Of a stretch of DNA of 54,260 nt, positions 49,331 to 54,260 are shown piece by piece. The notes under the pieces were generated by a model that saw only the letters and a program-made list of their open reading frames with translations, was not told the DNA's origin and did no database searches. Position 1 is the first letter of the stretch. Each line of letters begins with the position of its first letter. The translations under genes were made by a program, and so were the position numbers. Source of the DNA: Deinococcales bacterium (lineage in GTDB: Bacteria > Deinococcota > Deinococci > Deinococcales > JAAFIG01); NCBI GenBank assembly GCA_031414595.1, contig JANNVX010000055.1:1-54260 (forward strand). The letters are read 5' to 3'.

Positions 49331-49871
49331 AGCTTTTAATGCTCGAGATAAACGGGATATTGCGGTCAAAGTGCGCTCGGTCTAAGCCGTAACCGTAGAC
49401 ATAGGCATCGGGGATTTCAAAACCAAGGTACTCGACTGGCACTTCGACTTTTCGTCTCGAGGGTTTGGATAATAGGGCTGCCACTTTAACACTGTTTGGT
49501 CCTCGCCCCTCGAGATAAGAAAGCAAGTAATTCATGGTTAAGCCGGTGTCCACAATGTCCTCAACCAGAATCACTTCGCGTCCAGAAAGCGGTAAGGATA
49601 AATCTTTGACCAATTTGACTTCGCCACTGGTTTTGGTTTCGACACCGTAACTCGAGACCGCCAGAAAATCCACCGTGATTGGGAGTTCGATGGCTCGAGA
49701 AAGGTCGGACATGAAGTGGTACGCGCCGTTTAAGACACAAATCAGGTGCGGTTGCTTACCCGTGTAATCCTTGGTGATTTGTGCGCCCAGTTCTTGGATA
49801 CGCTGCCTAATTTGTTCTTGGGTGATTTGAACTTCGCCGTCGCCCATGTCAAAAAAAGTTTCTTGGTTCAT
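49329..49871 (-). CDS. hpt: Hypoxanthine phosphoribosyltransferase
   Basis: VLNGA, VSSYG..T..SG.V, VILVEDIVDTGLT, YGYGLD. Start placed at ATG 49871. Confidence 0.95.
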   Translation of the reverse strand: MNQETFFDMGDGEVQITQEQIRQRIQELGAQITKDYTGKQPHLICVLNGAYHFMSDLSRAIELPITVDFLAVSSYGVETKTSGEVKLVKDLSLPLSGREVILVEDIVDTGLTMNYLLSYLEGRGPNSVKVAALLSKPSRRKVEVPVEYLGFEIPDAYVYGYGLDRAHFDRNIPFISSIKS

Positions 49872-50032
49872 TGGAATTTCTTTTTCTGAGCAAAGGTGCG
49901 TGAAAATGCGTAGATGCCAGCCGCCACAACCACCAAGCAAACCAAAGGGTACTGGATGGCTAAAAAAGGAATCATGACGCAACCAATAATCGAGGCAATC
50001 ACAAAAATCAGGATGTTCAAAGCGAGTTTCAT
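49868..50032 (-). CDS. Small two-TM membrane protein (54 aa), below the ORF-track cutoff
   Basis: MKLALNILIFVIASIIGCVMIPFLAIQYPLVCLVVVAAGIYAFSRTFAQKKKFQ; its stop overlaps the hpt start (ATGA). Confidence 0.65.
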   Translation of the reverse strand: MKLALNILIFVIASIIGCVMIPFLAIQYPLVCLVVVAAGIYAFSRTFAQKKKFQ

Positions 50033-50133
50033 CGCTTGATTGTATCAAATTCTAGGGGTTTGACCAGTGGCGTTGGTGTGACAATCCTTATGGCGTTGCT
50101 GTGACAACTCTAAATTTCGTTGTACAGTATTTC

Positions 50134-51183
50134 ATGCAAAATCAGACTTTGTTACATTCGTTACTCGAGACTCCCGGTCCGAGTGGTTTTGAATCTCGGG
50201 TTGCAGCAGTTTGGGCAGATGCCGCCAGAGATTTTGCCAGTGTGCTGCATGACCCACACGGCAATGTCTATGCCACAATTGGGCGTGACCGTGGTTTGAA
50301 AGTGATGTTGTGCGGGCATTTGGATGAAATTGGTTTGATGATTTCTCAGGTTGGCGAAAAAGGCTTTGTGCGGGTCAAAGCCCTTGGTGGTTGGGATATG
50401 CAGGTGTTGCCGGGGCAGCGAATGCGGGTTTTGGCTAAAGACGGGGATTTACTGGCGGTTGTCGGGCGTAAACCAGTTCATCTGATGAGTGGTGACGACA
50501 GTTCTAAAGCTGTAAAAATCGAGGATATTTGGCTTGATTTTGGTTTGCCACCAGAGGAATTAAAGCAAAGAGTGCGCTTGGGCGATGTGGCGGTTCTCGA
50601 GCAACCCGTCTTGCAAATTGGTGATAAGTTGGTTTCCAAAGCCCTTGATAACCGCGTCGGTGGCTTTGTGGTTCTCGAGGCACTACGGCGTTTAAGCCAA
50701 TTGGATTGTCTGCACGAGGTTTGTGCAGTTGCCACCAGCCAAGAAGAGATTGGCAGTTTTGGAGCGCGTTTTGCCGTGCAGCAACTCGAGCCGAAACTAG
50801 CCATTGCCGTGGACATGACCTTTGAAAGCAATCAGCCGGGGGTAGATTCGGCAGAAGTCGGCGATGTCCCTTTTGGCAGTGGGGTCAACATAGCGCTTGG
50901 GGCAATCATGAATCCTAAGTTAAATGCCATGCTGCTCGAGGTTGCCCAAAAGCACCAGATTAAAACCACAGTTTCGATTTATCCTAAATTAACCGCCACC
51001 GATGCCGATGCGACTGCCCTATTTGGCAAGGGGACTCCAAGCGCGACCTTGGGTGTTCCAATACGTTATATGCACTCACCCAACGAAATGGTGCAGATTT
51101 CTGATATTGAGGACTGTATCAATTTGATTGTGCGTTTTGTGCTGGGGCTGCCAAGTGATGCGGATTTCTCGAGAAGTGTTTAG
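50134..51183 (+). CDS. M42 family metallopeptidase
   Basis: PGPSGFE, GHLDEIG, KALDNR, QEEIG, AVDMT, RYMHSPNE. Confidence 0.93.
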   Translation: MQNQTLLHSLLETPGPSGFESRVAAVWADAARDFASVLHDPHGNVYATIGRDRGLKVMLCGHLDEIGLMISQVGEKGFVRVKALGGWDMQVLPGQRMRVLAKDGDLLAVVGRKPVHLMSGDDSSKAVKIEDIWLDFGLPPEELKQRVRLGDVAVLEQPVLQIGDKLVSKALDNRVGGFVVLEALRRLSQLDCLHEVCAVATSQEEIGSFGARFAVQQLEPKLAIAVDMTFESNQPGVDSAEVGDVPFGSGVNIALGAIMNPKLNAMLLEVAQKHQIKTTVSIYPKLTATDADATALFGKGTPSATLGVPIRYMHSPNEMVQISDIEDCINLIVRFVLGLPSDADFSRSV

Positions 51184-51264
51184 GCTATGAGCTATGAAGG
51201 TCTTGGTTTTCCTCATAGCTCATAGCTGTCTTTTCCTCATAGTTCATAGCTGTCTTTTCCTCAT
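51184..51264. repeat. Heptamer GCTATGA/TCATAGC inverted repeats inside a 24-bp tandem repeat
   Basis: GCTATGA x2 followed by TTTTCCTCATAG[CT]TCATAGCTGTC x2.4. Confidence 0.8.
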
Positions 51265-51316
51265 CGCCGCTTCTCACCTGACAAAACCATGACGTTTGGC
51301 GCAGAATCTAAAGGTA

Positions 51317-52003
51317 ATGGCTGTGACTGTGTTGCTGGTTGAGGATGAAATCTCGGTTCGGGAGGCTTTGCGCTTTCATCTCGAGCGTTCTGGGTACTTG
51401 GTCAAGGCATTTTCGACAGCGCTCGAGGCTTGGAACAACTTGGCTGGTTCGGATGTGGTGGTCTTAGATTGGATGTTGCCAGACGAACCGGGGATTTCAT
51501 GGCTGAGGCGTTTACGAGAATCTTCGTTTGCAAGTTTACCGGTTTTAATGCTGACCGCTCGAGCTTCGGAAATGGATCGGGTCGAGGGCTTAGATGCTGG
51601 AGCAGACGATTACCTGACCAAACCCTTTAGTGCGGCTGAACTGGCGGCAAGGGTGCGGGCGTTGTTGCGTCGCTCGAGTGGTGAACGCCCTCGAGGAGCG
51701 TTGCGGGTCGGGGTTCTTGAATTAAATCAAGATTCTGGGCAAGCCTTGTTTGCGGCTCGAGAACTGCATTTGACACGGCGCGAATTTGATTTATTGGCAT
51801 TTTTGGCGGCACACCCCGGGCGGGTCTACTCGAGACAAGAATTACTTGATAAGGTTTGGGGCGTGGACTTTATTGGTGGCGAACGCACCGTGGATCAGCA
51901 CATCACCCAATTGCGGGCGCATCTTGGTGATGAACCTTCTGAGCCAGCCTATCTCGAGACAGTACGCGGCAAGGGCTACCGCATGAGGTCAGAGCCTTTA
52001 TGA
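51317..52003 (+). CDS. phoB: OmpR/PhoB-family response regulator
   Basis: LVEDE, LDWMLP, GADDYLTKPF, winged helix RTVD.HI..LR and TVRG.GY; in an operon with a kinase and phoU. Confidence 0.85.
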   Translation: MAVTVLLVEDEISVREALRFHLERSGYLVKAFSTALEAWNNLAGSDVVVLDWMLPDEPGISWLRRLRESSFASLPVLMLTARASEMDRVEGLDAGADDYLTKPFSAAELAARVRALLRRSSGERPRGALRVGVLELNQDSGQALFAARELHLTRREFDLLAFLAAHPGRVYSRQELLDKVWGVDFIGGERTVDQHITQLRAHLGDEPSEPAYLETVRGKGYRMRSEPL

Positions 52004-52914
52004 GCCAAAGTGCTGCGCTGAACGCCTTGGAAGTGGCGGTGGTGATGCTCGAGGGCGGGCGTGTTTCTGGGCTAAATCTGGCAGCCGAAAAACTTTTTGG
52101 GACCAGCAGCGAACGCGCTAAAAACCGTTTGCCGATAGAGATTTTTCGCAATCATCGTTTAGAAAAACTGGTCTTTGATGGTGGGATTTTAGAACTTGAA
52201 CTGAACGGACGTACTTTTGTCGCAAAAGCTGTGCCAAATGCTTTGCTGCTCGAGGATGTGTCTGCCATTCGGCAACGTGAAACAGAATTGCGTGAAGTGA
52301 TGGCGGTCTTGTCGCATGAATTCAGAACCCCTGTGGCAGCCATTAAGAGTTTACTCGAGGCGCTGGCGCTTGAACCCCCTGCCGATACTCGGGCTTCTTT
52401 TGTGCAGATGGGCTTGGTCGAAGTGGAGCGTTTGGTGCGTTTGGTCGAAGATTTAACGGTTGGATTTCGTCCACAAGCCGAACGAACTTTTTTGTTACTC
52501 GAATGTGTCGAACGGGTGCAGCGTTTAACCAATGCCGAATTGTTGCGCCGTGATGTGGTTCTCGAGGTCTGTTTTTCTGATGTTTTGGTGCGTTGTGACC
52601 CTGATAAATTGGTTCAGGTGCTGCTGAATTTGGTCGAAAATGCTGCCCGTCATGCCCCAAACCCCGGACGAATCCGAATTTTTGCGACTCGAGCCGATTT
52701 GTTTTGGAAAATTGGTGTGGTAGACCAAGGGACGGTCTTGCCCAACTACGAAGTGCTGTTTGAAGCCCAACGCCGCAGTATGCAGTCTCGAGGCTCTGGG
52801 ATGGGCTTGTACATTGTGCGGAGTATTGTTCGGGCGTGGGGTGGCGAGGTTCATGGCGCACACCGCATGGACTTGGGTGGTAACGAATTTGTTTTTTCGG
52901 TGACGGCGGCATAA
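52000..52914 (+). CDS. phoR: Cytoplasmic sensor histidine kinase (PhoR-like)
   Basis: PAS-like N-terminus, SHEFRTP H-box, QVLLNLVENA, GSGMGLYIV; no TM segment. Confidence 0.8.
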   Translation: MSQSAALNALEVAVVMLEGGRVSGLNLAAEKLFGTSSERAKNRLPIEIFRNHRLEKLVFDGGILELELNGRTFVAKAVPNALLLEDVSAIRQRETELREVMAVLSHEFRTPVAAIKSLLEALALEPPADTRASFVQMGLVEVERLVRLVEDLTVGFRPQAERTFLLLECVERVQRLTNAELLRRDVVLEVCFSDVLVRCDPDKLVQVLLNLVENAARHAPNPGRIRIFATRADLFWKIGVVDQGTVLPNYEVLFEAQRRSMQSRGSGMGLYIVRSIVRAWGGEVHGAHRMDLGGNEFVFSVTAA

Positions 52915-52975
52915 GTTGCGTTTTTTGTTGGTATTATCTGGCACAAGAAAAGTACAAATTGAGGAGTATGAAACC

Positions 52976-53641
52976 ATGCGAGAAGCCCTAGAACGAGATT
53001 TAAGAACCCTGCGAGCCGATTTTATCAGAATGATTTCGCAAGTCAGTGAACAACTTAATTTGGCGGGCGGTGTGCTGCTCGAGGGTAAAATCGAAAGTGT
53101 CACCCAAGTTCATGAAATGGACAGGTCGGTGGATGAACTCGAGGTTCGTTTAGAGGGCGAGTGCTTACGGGTGATTGCGCTGCATCAGCCTGTTGCTAAG
53201 GATTTGCGCTTGGTGGCGGCTGTCCTAAAAAGTCTGTCTGACCTCGAGCGGGTTGGCGATTATGCGGTTCATGTTGCCGATGACGGGCGTTTATTGGCTG
53301 CCGAACCACCCTTAAAACGCTATGTCAATTTTGGTCTGATGCTGACCAGACTTAAAACCATGCTCGAATTGGCTTCCAGAGCTTTTACCGAACAAGATGC
53401 GGCGGTGGCTCGAGCCGTTGCCGCGATGGACTCAGAAATAGATGACTTGTACGAACAAACCCAACGCGAATTGGTTACATACATGCTCGAAGACCCGCGC
53501 ACCATCACCAAAGCCTTGGCATTATTGCGGGTTGGTCGGGCATTGCAGCGCATTGGCGACCATATCGAAAACCTAGCCGACCGCCTTGGCTATTGGCTAA
53601 CGGGCGCTCGAGTGCCGAATGACCCACCAGAAGAGGGTTAG
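52976..53641 (+). CDS. phoU: Phosphate signalling complex protein PhoU
   Basis: IALHQPVAKDLR, DLERVGD, D.EIDDLY, RIGDH.EN. Start at ATG 52976 after GAGGAG. Confidence 0.95.
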   Translation: MREALERDLRTLRADFIRMISQVSEQLNLAGGVLLEGKIESVTQVHEMDRSVDELEVRLEGECLRVIALHQPVAKDLRLVAAVLKSLSDLERVGDYAVHVADDGRLLAAEPPLKRYVNFGLMLTRLKTMLELASRAFTEQDAAVARAVAAMDSEIDDLYEQTQRELVTYMLEDPRTITKALALLRVGRALQRIGDHIENLADRLGYWLTGARVPNDPPEEG

Positions 53642-53741
53642 TTTGGCACTTGGTCGGCAAGAATAATCTATAGCTTCGAGAAACGCTTTTTGGTTCACAA
53701 CAAAACTTCTCGAACACACTTTTATGTACTACAATCTAGTC

Positions 53742-53978
53742 ATGCCGATGATTGAACTCTCCCAAGACAACCTAAGCCGCTTAGATGCGATTCGTCAAGC
53801 TCGAGGCATCAGCCTTGAAGACGCACTCGAGCAAGCCTTAGAAGCTGCTCAGTACGCCCATTTAGATGAGGCAACGCGGAATGCAATTCTGAGCGCCCCA
53901 ATCACAACTTGGGAAGAAATGATGCAAGATACTGACCCTGACGCGCCAGAGTTTGACATTCCAGAAGGTCTAATGTGA
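53742..53978 (+). CDS. Putative type II antitoxin (ribbon-helix-helix-like N-terminus, acidic tail)
   Basis: IELS......LD.I...RGIS.E..L..AL; coupled to a PIN fragment. Confidence 0.6.
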   Translation: MPMIELSQDNLSRLDAIRQARGISLEDALEQALEAAQYAHLDEATRNAILSAPITTWEEMMQDTDPDAPEFDIPEGLM

Positions 53979-54100
53979 CTCCAATTTCTGGGGCGGATGC
54001 TTGGATTGCGGCTACCGCTCTAAGCTCGGGTATACCACTTCTGACGGCTGATAAAAATGATTTTCTGGGTGTGGATGGTTTGAAACTCCTAAACGTTTAA
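53975..54100 (+). pseudogene. vapC: Truncated PIN-domain (VapC) toxin, C-terminal 41 aa only
   Basis: VTPISGADAWIAATALSSGIPLLTADKNDFLGVDGLKLLNV* has the D..IAATA and T.D..DF motifs. The N-terminal DT motif is missing. Confidence 0.75.
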
Positions 54101-54260
54101 GGTTTAGTTTTGAAGTACAGGTCGTCCTATGGAATGATTCCGCATGGGTCAAAAAACTAGGTAGAAACGGCGACAATTCCGTCTGTGAAAACAAAAAAAA
54201 GATTCACCGTCTCCGTCCGCTAGTTTAGCCTGCCCATTCACGACTTGTAAAGACTACGCA

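Noticed and set aside
54220-54260. Possible 3' end of a minus-strand gene at the window edge
   Set aside because: Too short to determine frame or identity.
1-54260. rRNA, tRNA, prophage or integron features
   Set aside because: No such sequence signatures recognised by eye; tRNAscan-SE, Infernal and IntegronFinder would confirm.

Overview
Chromosomal window from a moderate-GC Deinococcota bacterium, probably Deinococcales. Support: HU with the GVKPGT arm, a DUF3248/DUF3809-like pair, an RDRM-like box upstream of gyrA, and many apparently leaderless genes. Left to right: (1) the right end of an IS3-family element; (2) a ~9 kb minus-strand cluster of unknown proteins built from repeated modules plus SMI1/KNR4- and Imm59-like domains, a candidate poly-immunity locus interrupted by an M23 peptidase gene; (3) a ROK regulator with a xylose-type ABC transporter carrying two xylF paralogs; (4) an M24 peptidase, a Uma2 nuclease and a 1.67 kaa SF1 helicase-Vsr nuclease; (5) iscA, gyrA, KirBac, an SDR and hisZG; (6) a hexuronate locus (uxuA, uxaC, SDR, LacI, oligosaccharide ABC transporter, two Gfo/Idh/MocA); (7) an outer-membrane protein, polA, an rRNA methyltransferase, HU, nanE, hpt, an M42 peptidase, phoB-phoR-phoU, and an antitoxin with a truncated PIN toxin. 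The strongest sequence-level signal is extreme over-representation of the palindrome CTCGAG: about 39 sites by hand count in the first 5 kb against about 1 expected. It occurs in all three codon frames and is absent from xylF1, xylG and HU. All family calls are from motif recognition, not database searches.
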